Source: Eutreptiella sp. 'Long Island Sound 2002' (lineage: Eukaryota > Protista > Euglenida). Taken from it: a stretch of DNA of 64,000 nt. The position numbers and the translations under genes were made by a program. Positions 12,530 through 25,449 of this stretch are shown piece by piece (within the stretch, counting starts at the first letter, position 1; every line of letters begins with the position of its first letter). The stretch spans positions 4,340,001 through 4,404,000 of the forward strand of contig OZ038378.1 of NCBI GenBank assembly GCA_964036045.1, read 5' to 3'. The notes beneath the pieces are model-generated. The model ran no database searches. It was given only the letters and a program-made list of their open reading frames with translations, and was not told where the DNA came from.

Positions 12530-12916
12530 ATGCAATACCACCTGCCGTCGGTGGACCTCTCCCCCGAACGACGCGACCCCATTGCGTTGACACGTGGGTA
12601 CAGCCCACGGGTCATCCCAAGTCCTTGGGCGTCGGTTGTTCGGGACAGCCCGAGAAGCTCCAACGACGGCACTTCGGGGTCACACTCGCGGCTCGTCAAA
12701 GGCAAAAAACTGCGAACGGAGGTGATCGGCGTGCCGGTCGTCCACCACGAAGTCCGCGTGCCTGTGGAAGTGGAGGTCCCATACGAGGTCCCGTATGAAG
12801 TGGCGTACGAGATCCCGGTGCCGCATGAGGTCATTCGTGAAGTGCACGTCCCGGTGGAACGTGTTGTGGAGAACGTCATCGAGCGGCGGGTGAATGTGGA
12901 GGTCCCAGTCCCCCAG
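12530..12916 (+). CDS. Articulin/epiplastin-like protein, exon 1
   Basis: ATG follows tttcAG. Encodes MQYHLPS...VPVVHHEVRVPVEVEVPYEVPYEV...VEVPVPQ, ends CAG|GTgtga, 387 nt, phase 0. Confidence 0.85.
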
Positions 12917-13084
12917 GTGTGAGGGTCATAATCGAAGCCCTTGTGCTGTGCGGGTTGCAGCATCGGGTGCCCCCTCACCCTTTACTCGATCCACGTGTTG
13001 CACAGCCTTTGCGAAAGGGTGCGGGTGTCCCCCCTACGTGGTGTGGAGTGACAGGTGCACCCCCTTAGGGGGCGTGTCAGACAG

Positions 13085-13655
13085 GGTGCGCGCACTGCGG
13101 ATGCTGGGGTTGTTCCGAAGACCGTTTCAGCTGATTTAGAGGCTACTGCGTCCAGTTGGGAGCCCAAAAAACGTTCACGATATGCATGTGCGCTCTCTTT
13201 TGCTTGTGTGCGGGCCTGGAATTTGTGTTCTTTCAGGGGGAGTATCAGACGCGGTGCGCGCACGGTGCATGCGCGGTGCGGGTATTGGGGTTGTTCCGTA
13301 GACCCTTTCATCCAGAGCCAATCAGGGGAAATGGTAACGCCTCAGAGCCCAGCAGGTACCATCTACAACTCCTCTCCCCGTAGACCATCTCCTGGAGAAG
13401 TTGTTCAAATACCTGACGCGGTGCGCGCACGGTGCATGCGCGGTGCGCGCGCGGTGCGGATACTCCCCCTCAGCCTGTTGCCGCACTGTTTGCATGTGAG
13501 CTCACCCAAGGGGGCTCTGACACCGCGCAAGAACTCTTCCCCCAGCAACCTCCACCAAGGGACACTATTTACAAGGGCTTCAAAGGTCGACCATTTCCCA
13601 GAGAAGTTGTTCAGATACCTCACGTTGCGCGCACGCTGCGCGCGCAATGCGCGAA
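13085..13655. repeat. Degenerate tandem units (about 170-200 bp) built on GCGGTGCGCGCACGGTGCATGCGCGGTGCG
   Basis: Motif copies at about 13085, 13252, 13417 and 13621. The first two also share ggggttgttccg.agacc.tttc. Related motifs occur at 42230, 42690 and 44655. Confidence 0.7.
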
Positions 13656-14505
13656 CCCCCCCCCCTATTCCCTCTTTTGGTGTGGGGGGCTACGTGGTGT
13701 AGGGGACGGCTGTTCCCCCTATACAGTGTGTGTGGGGGGGGGGGGGGAGGCACAGCTGTTCCCCCGCACAGCGCTGTCACTGCAGTTTGCCAGCGAACAG
13801 ACGGTAGACAAGCACAACGCTCAGTGCAGGCGAAGCACTGGTACTCCCCCTCCCCCGCCCCCTCCTCTACCCCCTCCCTACGGCAACACGCTCCCCTGCC
13901 ACCCAATGCGATTAGGAACGCTGGAGAAGAAACTGGGCAGGGGGAAAGGGACGAACAAGGGAGATAACAGGACAGGGCAGACCGTGCTCGCCGAAAACGG
14001 TGCAGAGCGGAGAAGGAGGAGGAGGAAAGGAAAAAAGGGAAAGGATCATTGTGGTTGTTAGAAGCCCCTGTCAGGAAAAGTATCCTGCAGATGCACACCC
14101 CAGTGCGCACAAGTCAGTGCTGGAGTTGGCAAACCCAGCATGGACTCGGAGTGTGCATCTGGATGCACCTGGTCAACCGCACGGGCAACAGCCCGTCTCC
14201 GGGACAGCCGACCCCGGAGTAGTCAAACAGGACAAGTCATCCAGGGGCTCCGTTGACACATCCAAAACGCGTTCGGACCCACAGAGGGTCAGAATCAGCA
14301 GTGGCGAGAGGCCAATAGGCGCCGCCAAAGGCAAACAACCTAATACCGAGGCCTTGTGCCAACCCCCCCCTCCCCCCCTTACGTTTTGCAAGTCGGGGCC
14401 TGGCCAAGGACTGAACACCCCATCTGACCACTACACCACCACACCCTCCCTCCCATACATCCGCCGCCACCAACAAGCCGTTCGCCAATGGACCGCTTTG
14501 CCCAG

Positions 14506-14715
14506 GAGTTCGAAACGATCGTGGAGAAGGTGGTGGAAAAGCGTGTGGCCGTGCCCGGCCCCATCAAGTTTGTGGAGAAGATCGTGGAGGTGGAGAGGGT
14601 CGTGGAGGTGGAGGTGCCGATCGAGAAGATTGTGGAGGTGCCTGTACCGTATCCCGTGGAGAAGGTGGTGGAGAAGATTGTTCCCGTCCCACGGTACGTG
14701 GAAAAGGTCGTGAAG
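14506..14715 (+). CDS. Articulin-like protein, exon 2
   Basis: cccAG|GAGTTC...AAG|GTagcc. EFETIVEKVVEKRVAVPGPIKFVEKIVEV...VPVPYPVEKVVEK. 210 nt, phase 0. Confidence 0.9.
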
Positions 14716-15601
14716 GTAGCCCCTGGCCCCTTCTTTGCTGCTGCCCCGATCCCTGTCAGTGTTGCCCTGTTGCACTCTGACATTGATCTTGTGCACCCTG
14801 CACTCAATGCATGCTGCACTGCTCTATGTGCGCACCGCTCGACACGGCTTGGGATCGCATTGTTCCCCACCAAAGTACGCGTCGAGAGACCATTCTGCAT
14901 TGAAGCATTCAAATGCCGTGATCCTTCGCCAAACTCCAAATGGAGGCCCCTGAGTTGGGGAATCGATCTCTAACTCAGGCAGCCCTTGCAGAGCCCTTTC
15001 TTTCCTTTTCCTTCCTTAAGGGCCCAGATTCCCCTCCCCCGGGCACCGTGTACACCGTCGGGTTTACCGCCAACCGCCGTTGATTACGCACCAGCCGACG
15101 CCGATTCACCCCATTGAACCTCTGGTGCTGGGGTTCAAACCAGGGTCCCCGCCCCATTCCGCCCCGTTGGGGCAGTGCACCGAGTGGACTGCCATCCCGA
15201 ACAGTACAATTCGCAGTGTACAGCCCCAGGCCATGAGGGACGCACGCCTCATGTGTGGCTCAGATATGTGACTCGAAAAATGCGACCGCCTGAAGCGCAT
15301 TCACTCCACCGCTGTGCAGCCCCACAAGGGCCCTGCGCCCCCTTCGTTGGCCGACTGTGCCAATCCACCCCCCAGCCCCTCCGAGCGTGTTGCCCGCAAA
15401 CCTCCCGCAACTTTGTGGCAGTGGTGGTGGGTACGGCCATGGTAGCGCAGCAATATGGGGCCTCCCCTCTTCAAAAGGGTGACCGACCCATGAGGATCTG
15501 GGAGCAGCAACGGCAGTGGGGTCTGTGTTTAGGGGCAGTCCGAGTCATAGCCGCACGAAAACCTGACTGCAAAATGTGACTGTGTTGACCCGAGGCAACC
15601 T

Positions 15602-15999
15602 GAAAATTGCTCTGCGGGGGGGGGGGGGGGGGGTGACATGGACGCCCGCCGAAGGAGGGGGGGGGGGGGTTGGAGAAATGGGGTTCCGTGTCAGGCCCTT
15701 CGTTTTGTGTAAGAACAGATGTTGGCGCCAAACGCACAGGAACACAAAATTTGGCCCGAAAAAGTTTTTTCCACCAATAATTCCCCCCCCACATTTGAGT
15801 AGTCAAAATGATCAGCGCAACGTGGGTATCATTTTGAGCCATAGATGTTGGGCTGACCCCCCCCCCCCCCCCGGCACGGCAGGTCGGCCCCCCCCCCGCC
15901 CTGAACCCCCCCCTCCCGTCACGGCGGCCAAGGAGGGAGGGGGGGGGGTTGGGAAAATGGGCTTCCGTGTCCCCCCCCCCCCCTCGCAGAGCAATTTTC
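15602..15999. mobile_element. MITE-like element with GAAAATTGCTCTGCG+poly-G terminal inverted repeats
   Basis: gaaaattgctctgcgggggg at 15602 and ccccctcgcagagcaattttc ending at 15999; no coding capacity. Confidence 0.7.
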
Positions 16000-16782
16000 T
16001 TCCCGCCCGACCTCCTCCAAAAGAATCCACTTCCTGCAGCACCTGATTCGTGGCGACTGATCAATGGCCCTGTCAATTGAGCCACATCTCCAATGAGCCA
16101 GAGGGGGACAGGGATTTCTGGGCCACGAAGGCACGTGGACGTGTTTCTCAGGGCACCAAAGTCATGGGCAAGGAAGGGGGAGACTGCCAAAAAAACACTG
16201 AAGCAATGCGCAATTCGTGGTGTTTGCATTCTTGTCGGCAAACAGCATCATTCCCCCTCCCGGCGTACTTCCCCGGGATGTGCATGTCCAGTTCCAGTCG
16301 GAAAGTCCTGGGACCTGATTGATGTACCACCCGCTGTTGTTCCTTGACGTTTGAATTCGTACAACACTTTGTGCACTTCAATTACTGCATTTCACAGAAG
16401 TTCGTCACAACCTCAGCAGCCACTCATATGTCGAGGCATATTGGCTGATCTTGTGGTTGCTGACTGATGGCGCCCAAATGCTGCATCATTATTTTGAGCC
16501 GGGTTCTTTCCTCTCCAGTTCGCCTCAAGAATTACCACAACCTACTGCAGTACATCTGTCTTATCGGATGTCTGTAAGAGCCACCGGCCTTTTCCTTGTT
16601 TTACCAAAATGTTCTCGCACAAGAAATCAAAAGTGTCATTGAAACCACCCAATTGTTGTGATGAGTGCACCAACTGCTTTTGCAATCTGCAAAGCCTGCT
16701 TTGCGCAACCACCTCATTTGTGATTCACAACCTCCACCACCTGGTTTACTGTAAAGCTACCGCTTTTGCGATTGTCCTCAAG

Positions 16783-16983
16783 GTACCACAAGAAAAAGTT
16801 GTGCAAGTGACCAAGGAAGTGGACGTAGTGCGTGAAGTCGTCAAAGAAGTCAAAGTACCATACCCCGTGGAGCGCTTTGTGGAAAAGCACGTGAAAGTCC
16901 CACGCGAACAGATTGTGGAGAAGGAAGTGCCGTATTTTGTGGAGAAGATTGTGGAGAGGGTCGAGCACGTGGAGCAGATCAAG
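16783..16983 (+). CDS. Articulin-like protein, exon 3
   Basis: ctcaAG|GTACCA...AAG|GTacac. VPQEKVVQVTKEV...VKVPYPVERFVEK...EQIK. 201 nt, phase 0. Confidence 0.88.
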
Positions 16984-17226
16984 GTACACCTTCTGCAGCA
17001 CCAGCTACGGCACAAACATGATGCATCCTGGTGCTAGAGCCTCGCAATGACCTTTGGTGTTGACTCATCTCAAAACATGGTGCACACCTGTATGCCCTGA
17101 CATCTCCTGCCTGCATGTGCACTGCACACGTGCAAGTACACTGCGCAGCTGCACATGTGCTGCGCACTTCCGTGCACACTGCACACCAGGTTAGGGTTAC
17201 ATCTCCATGCATCCAAACCTCTGCAG

Positions 17227-17517
17227 GAGGTTGTTGTTCACACGGAAAGATTGGTGGAAGACAAAAAGGAAAGGAATGTGCAGGTGGAGAAGGTCGTGGA
17301 GAAGCGGGTGCCTGTGACTATTGAAAAGGTTGTGGAGGTCGAAAAGCCTCGGTACGTCCAGAATATTGTGGAGAAGGTGGTGCAGGTGCCTGTGGAGAAG
17401 GTGACGGAGAAGAGGGTAGAGGTGCAGGTCGAAAGAGTAGTCCATGTCCCAGTGGAACGCATCATTGAAAAGCAAGTGGAGGTCCCCATCGAAAGAGTTG
17501 TCGAGAAAATTGTGCAG
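17227..17517 (+). CDS. Articulin-like protein, exon 4
   Basis: ctgcAG|GAGGTT...CAG|GTgctg. VEKVVEKRVPVTIEKVVEV...VEVPIERVVEKIVQ. 291 nt, phase 0. Confidence 0.9.
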
Positions 17518-17649
17518 GTGCTGTTGGGCAGAGGAATAGGGGTGTCCATAAGGAAACTTAGGGAAAATTTACCTTTTTCGGTTCAAAACCCTGAGGCCCA
17601 TGACGCTTGAGGGTGACCAATGGGTGCCATTGCTACTGCTGCTACTGCT

Positions 17650-18085
17650 GTGGTTACTCCTGCCGTTGATGACGGCCTATGTCCTCGGATAATTCCAAAA
17701 TTGTGCGCCACAGGGCGCACAAGATAAGGGTCCCCATGACACAAATAATCAGAGAGGTCCTCACATAGCACCTTGTACCACACATATACATCTTTGTATG
17801 ACTGTTGCTGCGTTGTGAAAGTGTCATTCTTTCTTCCAATAAAGGAAGGGTCAACAAACGCCATCAACAAAACGTGGATGCAGAGTTCTGCCGTCTTGGG
17901 GTCTCCAGCGTGGAGAGACAATATGGCTGTGCAAGTCCTCTTGTCTGAGGGTCTTGTCTTGGAATCAAAATGGCTACATAACCGTTGCTTTCTTGGGGCT
18001 ACGACAGCAAGGAAGTCTTGGATACTGCGTTGTATTGTGTTGGTCATTTGGGCCGAAAAAGATGCCTGGTACGCTAACAATTCCC
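17650..18085 (-). mobile_element. Decayed PIF/Harbinger-type transposase fragment (copy 2), interrupted by an approximately 60-bp family repeat
   Basis: - strand PSFIGRKNDTFTTQQQSYKDVYVWYK matches 55610-55690. It starts with ttagcgtaccaggcatcttttt, like the 55390 terminus. Confidence 0.7.
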
Positions 18086-18929
18086 CATCAATTCAGCAAA
18101 CAAAGTCCTGTATTGCTGAAACGCAAGGGACATCCATGCACGCACCAACTCCTCCTGTACTGCATGGTCATGATCAGAAAGGACCATACCATGAATGGGC
18201 CTAGCAGCCCTGTGCCCCATGCAGGACAACAAGTACCAGAGGCAAAAATTGAACCCATAACCCCTAGTTTACATGCTTTGTAGCTCACATCACTTACTAC
18301 CTAGTTGCCCAACATTATGAAGACTGAACTGGTAACGTAAGAGACAGAAGCAAAAAGGAAATGAAACGAAAAAGGAAACCATGGATGGACCACAAGCAAA
18401 CCAACCCCCTATTGGCCCACCCCCGCCCCGGGGGTCCCATCAGAAGGAGGCACCGACCATTTTTGAAAAAGGCAGACCCCCCCCCCCCCGGGTCGGGTGT
18501 GCACTCCATAAAAAAGGGCTTGGGCCATACCCAACCTCAGCCTCGTCCCTACACTCCCCTCTCCGTTCCCTGAACCCTCCCTCCCTTTCCTGCTCATCTC
18601 CCTCCCTCCCATTCCCATCCCCTCCCCTATGGTCCCGAACCTTGCCCCTTCTTTTGGGTCTGCCTCTACTACTTCTGGCATCACGTGAATGTTGGCATGG
18701 GTTTTCTTCTGTTCCGGTGTTTAGTTCCTTGACAGAGCACACCCGCGGCACCTTCAGCGTCCCCACGGCATGCATGTGGCACACAGTAAGCATTTTCAAT
18801 GGGGTTTAATGAGGAACATTTGATGTGGCAACTGAGTTGCATCAGCCAATCCGCATTTTGTGCAATTTGTATTCAAAGGCCTGCCGTTTACCATTTGTAT
18901 GGACCATGGGGATATGTTCCTCCTCAGGT

Positions 18930-19090
18930 TTGGAAGACTACAGGTTCCACATGAGATGATGGAGGGGATGCGGTTTGGGTTTGTGCATTGTGGTGCCAAA
19001 AGCACACCACCAATTTGTGGTGAATGTAATGGAATTATTCTGGGGAAGGCATTGGCCCACACACTTATGGGGACAAGACACAATACATGT
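18930..19090 (+). repeat. Diverged B-box-like module copy
   Basis: DDGGDAVWVCAL(W)CQKHTT...ECNG...PHTYG, frameshifted. Confidence 0.6.
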
Positions 19091-19169
19091 ACCATTGTTT
19101 GTGTGTTTGTGTGCGGAGTTCAGAGATTTGGTCTTGCATTGTGCACTTTGTATGGATGGGTTTGCTAAT

Positions 19170-19665
19170 GATTCTGCATCCCTGGGCCAATTAAAATCAT
19201 GCAAACAAAATCAAATCATGCACACCAGATTTTATTAACATTGTGTGAAATAAAATCACCCATTTGATTTCCCTTTCCTCAATACACAGAAAACTGCAAA
19301 CCAGACAAAGAAGGCGGACAGCCACTACTATTTGACCCAATCCTGATTGTGGTGCTCATCGCCTTCCAAAGAAACGAGCAATTATCAACTGCTTTGGCAT
19401 AGGCTTTGGCATTGCCTTGGGCTTTGGCTTGCGTGCTGGTAATGGGGTAGCTTCATCATCTGTTTCTGCTGCCCAGCAATCATCAACTTCCAACTCATCA
19501 TCACGTGCTTCAGCGAGGAAGGAAAGAAGTGGGTAGTTCATTTTGGATCCCGTGCAAACGGAAATAAAATCATTTAGAGTCAGAATAAAATCACACACAA
19601 AAAATAAAATCACACACAAAAAAGAAAATCATGCGCGTGATTTTAAATGTGATTGTGGTTTAGTC
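19170..19665 (-). mobile_element. GTGATTTTATT-bounded element with a transposase-like C-terminus ending in a PIP box
   Basis: - strand DDELEVDDCWAAETDDEATPLPARKPKPKAMPKPMPKQLIIARFFGRR*. GTGATTTTATT motif arrays at both ends. Homologous to 31675-32305. Confidence 0.65.
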
Positions 19666-21899
19666 TGCTTGGGGGCTTTTGGAGGGGAGGGTAAATCAAG
19701 GGCTAAAAAGTGTGGGATACTTGGTATAAAAGTACCATGCCAATGTTGATAGACACAAAAGTGTAGATGGCAAACAATATAACATTTTGAAGAGGATGGA
19801 CATTTTTTTGAGTCAAGAAATACCGTGGCACCTTTTTTTCACAAGCACCATTAGCACACGGTATGGTGAGGTTGCACAATTTTTTTTGGGGGAGGCACTT
19901 CGCACCCAATCAATTTTGCTTGTTTTTATGGGGGGGTTGCCCCAGGATATTCCTAGTGCTATCCTTGCTGCAAAGAACGATGCCATCTTGGATCGCTTCA
20001 TATTTGGCATGGGCATAGTAGACAACTCTAGAAATTACCGGTGCCATCTTGGACGGAATTTTGTGTCTGAAAAAAGGGCGGTTCACTTGGCTCTTTGACG
20101 GCCACAGTTTTTTGTTTTCTCATTAAACAAATGCACTAGTAGATAGAACAATGGTTGTTGTATTGTGCAGTTGACCTGGCGTACTTGATGACTCCCAACC
20201 ACCCACAATTAATTCAACAACCTGGTTTTTTGCGAAAATCTCTCTGATTGTGGGGCCTAAGGCACCATAGCTATTTTCAATGCCTTTAGCCCGGATTGAC
20301 TCCTTGAATTGATTTTTTTGGGCAAAATATTCAAGTTTGCCGATTACTGCCCCGATTGGCTAGAACTTTTTCGATGTATATTTGAGGAACAAAGACCCGG
20401 GTGGAGGCACAAAGACCTCTACATGGAGGCGCAAAGTACTCTGCATGGATGCATGACAAGTTGTGTATGGAGGCATGAAGTCCTCCACATGAGGCTCAAT
20501 AGCCTCTACATGGAGGCATGAAGACCGCTGCATGGGGGCACCAAGACTTGTGCATGGGGGCGCAAACTCAACCCGAAGAGGCCATGAGGCCGAGGATGGT
20601 TTAGCATACGCCGAGTCGGTGTTGCCCTCATTGCTGCTCCTAGTGAGTCGTGTATGTGAGGATGCAATGCAATGGTGTTCATGGGCTCATTCTTCTTGTA
20701 TAGCTCCACCTCGCCAGCGATAGTCTACACGGAGTGGGCGTCATGCTAATTGTCATTAGGGATGATAGAGCTGGGTAATTTTGAAATGCCAATAGAGCAT
20801 TCAGAGCTAGTATCAACGTGTTCCAGTCCATGCGGTATGTGGAGTTCTATGCGACCCATGTGGACATGTGGGCACATCTTTGCTGTTGTGGTGGCTATAC
20901 ACATGTGTGTACTCTTCACATGTCTTCTTGGGGTTGATATGTGAGTGGGCCTCAGCTCTTCCGAAGAGCCCTCAGAGAGGATACCCTCCTGCCAATAGCA
21001 CACGAGCTCAAAAACAGATGCCCAACAACACACGAGCTCAAAAACAGATGGCCAACATCTATGGTACCCATTTCCCCACCATGTTGTTGTGGTCGCTTGG
21101 TGGTTGTGGTCACACAACACAGTTTTGGGTTTGTAGTTCGGCCATGGTGGTGCTCCTGATGTGCAACCTCCAACTAGACTTATCTTGTATGCAACCTCTG
21201 TACTTAACATGAAACTGCCATCATCATGCAAAACACATGTCCCCATGCATTGAGACCGCATGTCATACATGCGCATTGCACACAATCTGAGGCATTGCTC
21301 GTTCTATTGTCTTGTAACAACCATGCATAGCCGTACAGGTGGGTGGGTTATGCTGCTCTGGACCTAGAAACAAACATGTTGTGTCCAACTGTTTCAGAAA
21401 AGGTGCCTATTCGCACAATACTTTGTCATTTATGCTCTGACAAGGCAATCACACCCACCTTTGTTGCTCTGTTTGTCCGCTTTATGCATGTTTGTGTTTC
21501 TCTGTCTGTGTGCTTTCTCTTTTTGGGTGTCCATTCCCATGCAATTCCCATACAGGTCCCAAGGACTTTTTTTTTTGTGTCTGCTTACAGCTTTGGTGAG
21601 ATTGCTTCTGTGCTTTTGCAGTTTTTATTATGTAAATGTGTCCATTTTTGTTTGAGTTGGGACAGCTTGCCTCAGATCGATGACATAGTGTGTCAAAGAT
21701 TCGGGAACCAGGGTGGTTGATGACATAGTGTGTCAGAGATTCGGGAACCAGGGTGGTCGCCATGTCCTCACTGAACAAATATGTTACAGTGGGCTGCCCC
21801 TAGTGCAAATAATGACACAACTGTTGCTGGTGGTATTGGTGACACTGGTTCAGAAGTTCAGGAACCAGGGTTCATGGTGTAGACCTCACGGCATTCAAT

Positions 21900-22755
21900 T
21901 TTTTGTGGGCCTCTGATATCTCTCGGGGACGTTGAGGAATATGCCAACTTTGTGGGTTTTCAGGGGTTGGTGCCATTGTTGCCTCATTTGTGGTCACTGA
22001 GTGTTCCGGAGGTAGGGGTATTTGGGGTATATTCAGAAAGCCCTTGACAAGGGCTATTTGGAACACCCGGGTCTGCATGCTGTGCTGACGACATGTTTGA
22101 GATTTTCTTCCCTTTTGGACGGTGCCCGTGTTCCTTGCTGCCTCTTTTTGTCAACAGGCAGCTACCATGTCTACATACAAATTCACTCCACGGGCTGTTG
22201 CTTCCCGTGGGTCCAGGTGACTCGGCAGCGGCCTGGTAGTCAGGCAAAAAAGCCCCGTACAGCCGGTTCGCAGCAACATGCATGCACCCACAAGGAGCAC
22301 GACATTCTGACGACCGCTGAGGCCACCGCTTTTGCTGCCCAGTTTTGGGATCAAAAGACACACCCCACCAAGGCTTCGCAACATGAAAATAGAAGAAATA
22401 TGTCCCTGTCCACAAACAGGGGGATGTCTGCCCTAATGGGGTCCCAGCCCTGCCTGAAAAAGGGAATGCTGACGATGACAGTGATTCAGAGTAAAAATGG
22501 ATGGACGGTGCAGTGCCATGTTTGTGTGCACCGTCCAATGTGTTGTGCTACGCTGAAAAATGTGACCCCCCCCCCCCCAACCCATACATTTCTGAAATGG
22601 CGTTTTCTTGCAGATTTCAAAAGTAGACACATACCCCCCCCTAGGTGACAACATGTTTGCACATGGAAGCAAAACTTGTAGAAAATGCCGAAAAGTGCCA
22701 AAACCCACAAAGTTGGCATATTCTGAGTGTCCCCGAGAGATATGCCAGGGGTCCT
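21900..22755. mobile_element. MITE-like element with about 50-bp inverted repeats
   Basis: atatctctcggggac...gaatatgccaactttgtgggtttt at about 21915-21960 is mirrored at about 22700-22742. Confidence 0.55.
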
Positions 22756-23677
22756 GGGATAGGGTTGGCAGCTGCCACACTGCTATGCTTCAATTGTCAC
22801 AAAGAGGCGCTTAGTTGCGCATTTTTGTTGTGTGCAGCTTGATATGGTGAAACACTCAGCGCTCTGTTGCTCCGTTTGTGTGCTCTACACGGGCGGTGCA
22901 TGCATGTGTGGACGGAAAAAAGGTGCTTCCCTGCACATCTTTTTGGACTGAGGCCCCATCAAAGTCGCACGACATGTGTTTGTCACGCCCCTCCTGCCTG
23001 CACCACAGTCTTGGGTATCTCAGAGTGCGTTGGATCGGTCCACTGCTGCGACCACTCCGTTTGTGTGCCTGATGTACTATTATCAAGTAAATGTGCTGTT
23101 ACCTACTTTTATCAAGTTTGTGCTGAAGGAAAGTCCAAGGACCCTGGTTGGATGGGGACGGTTGGCATTTGCCGCAGAGCCCCTGTGGGGAGAAGGCAGG
23201 GCAAGCTCTGCAGATGGTGCGCCACCAGCAGCTGTGTCTCCTGCACGCCAAGGTCACACAGCTTCGCTCTGTCCCTAAGAATCATCAAACTGCACGCACA
23301 ATAACACTGTGGACACGAAGACGTTGACGGCTGGTCGTTGGAGATCCGTCCCCCTCACTCCCCTTCTCGGAAATTTTTGGTGCTGGTGGGAAGACATACA
23401 ACCTTTGGAGCCCGCCTGCTGCTTGCTTGTCCACTTGCTGGCTGCTTGTGTTGTATGTCTGGCTGCTTTTGTCCTCGTTCATGCGACAAAAGAAGGCTAG
23501 AAGTGTTCTTTTCCAGTCGCAGAAGTGTGGATTCGTTTTGTGCCGATTTGCTCCGCAGATTTATGGGAATTTTTGACAATTTTTTTTGAGGGGGGGGGGG
23601 CGGGCGGGCAAGGATCCATTGGCCATGTCCTTGTTGATGCCCCCAGCTCCCTCTTTCTTCCAAATGCGTTCCTGTAG

Positions 23678-24092
23678 GTGCCCCAGGACGAGTTTGGAGG
23701 CACCATGGACAAGGTGGTGTACCGCGACCGCCCCGTTCTCGTGGAGAAGGTGGTGTACAATGAGGTGGCGGAGTCGCCGTATCTGTTCCAGTACCAGAAC
23801 GCTGCAACAGCCCCTGCGGCCCCTGCGCCAGGCTTCAAGTGGGTCCCCTTTAGCTTACCCGCTTATGAGGACGCCATCACGCGCAATGCCTTGACCGAGT
23901 CCATGCGCCAGGCTTACGCGCCTCCACCCGTCCTCAGCAGCCCCCAACCCGCAGTCGTCAGCACCGGCACTCCAGTAGTCAACAGTACAGCAGTCCTCAG
24001 CGTCCCCCCGGTCGTCAGTAGCGGCGCGGTGCCAGTTGTGGCCAGTGTTCCTCCGGGAAGCGTTGGAGGTGTTCTTCCGGGAAGTGTTGGAG
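23678..24092 (+). CDS. Articulin-like protein, exon 5 (end of VPV region plus Pro/Val/Ser-rich tail)
   Basis: ctgtAG|GTGCCC. VPQDEFGGTMDKVVYRDRPVLVEKVVYNEV...SVG. Likely phase-1 donor G|GTgttt at 24092/24093. Confidence 0.75.
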
Positions 24093-24429
24093 GTGTTTCT
24101 GTGCATGTGCGCATGGGGGGGGGGGGCGTGGGTTTCGAAGTTTTTGGTGCATGGTGTGAGGTTTCTGGTGTATTTGTATGTATTGTACGTACCATATGTA
24201 TTGTCGGCGGCACCTCCACGCCTACTCTGCACCAACATCAATGGCATGTCTGATGCATATTTCACACTGCATGCCCATGAGGAAGTGCGCCGTTGCCGTA
24301 TTGACGCTGCAGTGACTGCCCAGCAATGCTATCTGGTGATCAGGCTGCTACCCGCCCTACAACATCCCCAAAGACCTGCAACTGCCAGGGTATGACACCT
24401 GTTGGAGGCATGATGTATTGCATGTATTG

Positions 24430-25330
24430 CAGTGGCGGCACCAGCCAGCGGATGGGTAGTAGCTGCCGGGCAGCCAGCAAAACACGGAAGCCAACGGCTA
24501 GTAGATAGCAGCCACCAGGCAGCTACCACTAGCAAGAAGCCAGTAGACTGAAGGCGGCCGCTAGCGGGCAGCAGCCAGTCAACAACGTCCATCAAGCAGC
24601 GGCGCAACTAGTAGCCAGCAACCACTGGGCAGTAGCTACCAAGCAGGGGCAAGCAGCTAGCAGGCTCTGACCGTCAGGCAGCAACCAACAGCCGGCGTGC
24701 AGCAACTGGCAGGCGACAGCCAATAGCCAGGAACTTGCAAGCATCAACTACCATGAAGAAGCCAACAAGCAGTAGCGGTCACCAAGCAGCAGCCGTTGGC
24801 AAGCAGCCAGCAGCCAGCAAGCAGCGGACAGTGGGAAGCAACCACTGGGCATTAGCCACTAGCCAGTGGGCAGCAACAAGCAGGCAACAAATAGCAGCTG
24901 GTGGACAGCGGCCACCAGCCAGTGACCAACAGACCGCAGGTAGTAGTCACCGAGCAAAAGCAAGCAAGCAGCAACCAGTGGGTAGCAGGCAGCAGCCATC
25001 AACCAGAGGGGGCAATCGCTGGGCAGCAGCCACTAGGCAAAGGCCGGCCGCCAGCAAGCACAAGCCACCAAGCAATAGCCAGCAACCACCAGGCAGGAGC
25101 TACTGAGCAGCAACTACCTGGCAGTGGCCAGGCAATAGCCAGCAGTTAGTTAGTAGCAACTGCCACAATAGCACTTAGAAGCAAGCAGCCGACGGGCAGT
25201 GGCCACCAAGCAGTAGCCGACAGTCAACGGCCGGCATCCACTTCGCAATTGCCACTCGGTGGCAGCCATCAAGCCACCAGCCACCAGGTAGTCACTACTG
25301 GGTAGCAGCCACAAGGCAGGGGCAACCGGA
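24430..25330 (+). repeat. Low-complexity degenerate satellite (CAGCAGCCACTAGGCAGC-like)
   Basis: Dense gcagcc/agcaacc/ccaccag motifs. The same orientation recurs at 27515-27675 and 32762-33060. Confidence 0.8.
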
Positions 25331-25449
25331 GTGAATTGTCACGTGAGTGTAGAAAAAAAATTAACCAACTTCCAAAAAATTTTTTTAGTGTGACGTGAGT
25401 CACTTGCCCAATAGTGGAAAAAAACAGACATATTCTTTTCCTTTAGTGT

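Noticed and set aside
12460-12978. Thr/Ser-rich - strand ORFs opposite the articulin exons (also 14379-14939, 16746-17015, 17238-17549)
   Set aside because: Antisense shadows of V/E-rich codons.
15060-15150. Possible extra tRNA-like cassette (CTGGGGTTCAAACCAG)
   Set aside because: Only a T-arm-like segment; no A-box or cloverleaf.
19787-20400. Coding-like reading GLPQDIPSAILAAKNDAILDRF...
   Set aside because: No family motif was recognised, there are no splice-compatible boundaries, and it lies among TE debris.
22716-22735. TTCTGAGTGTC, similar to part of the Euglena spliced leader
   Set aside because: Only 11 nt match, it lies inside an inverted-repeat element, and there is no donor or SL RNA context.
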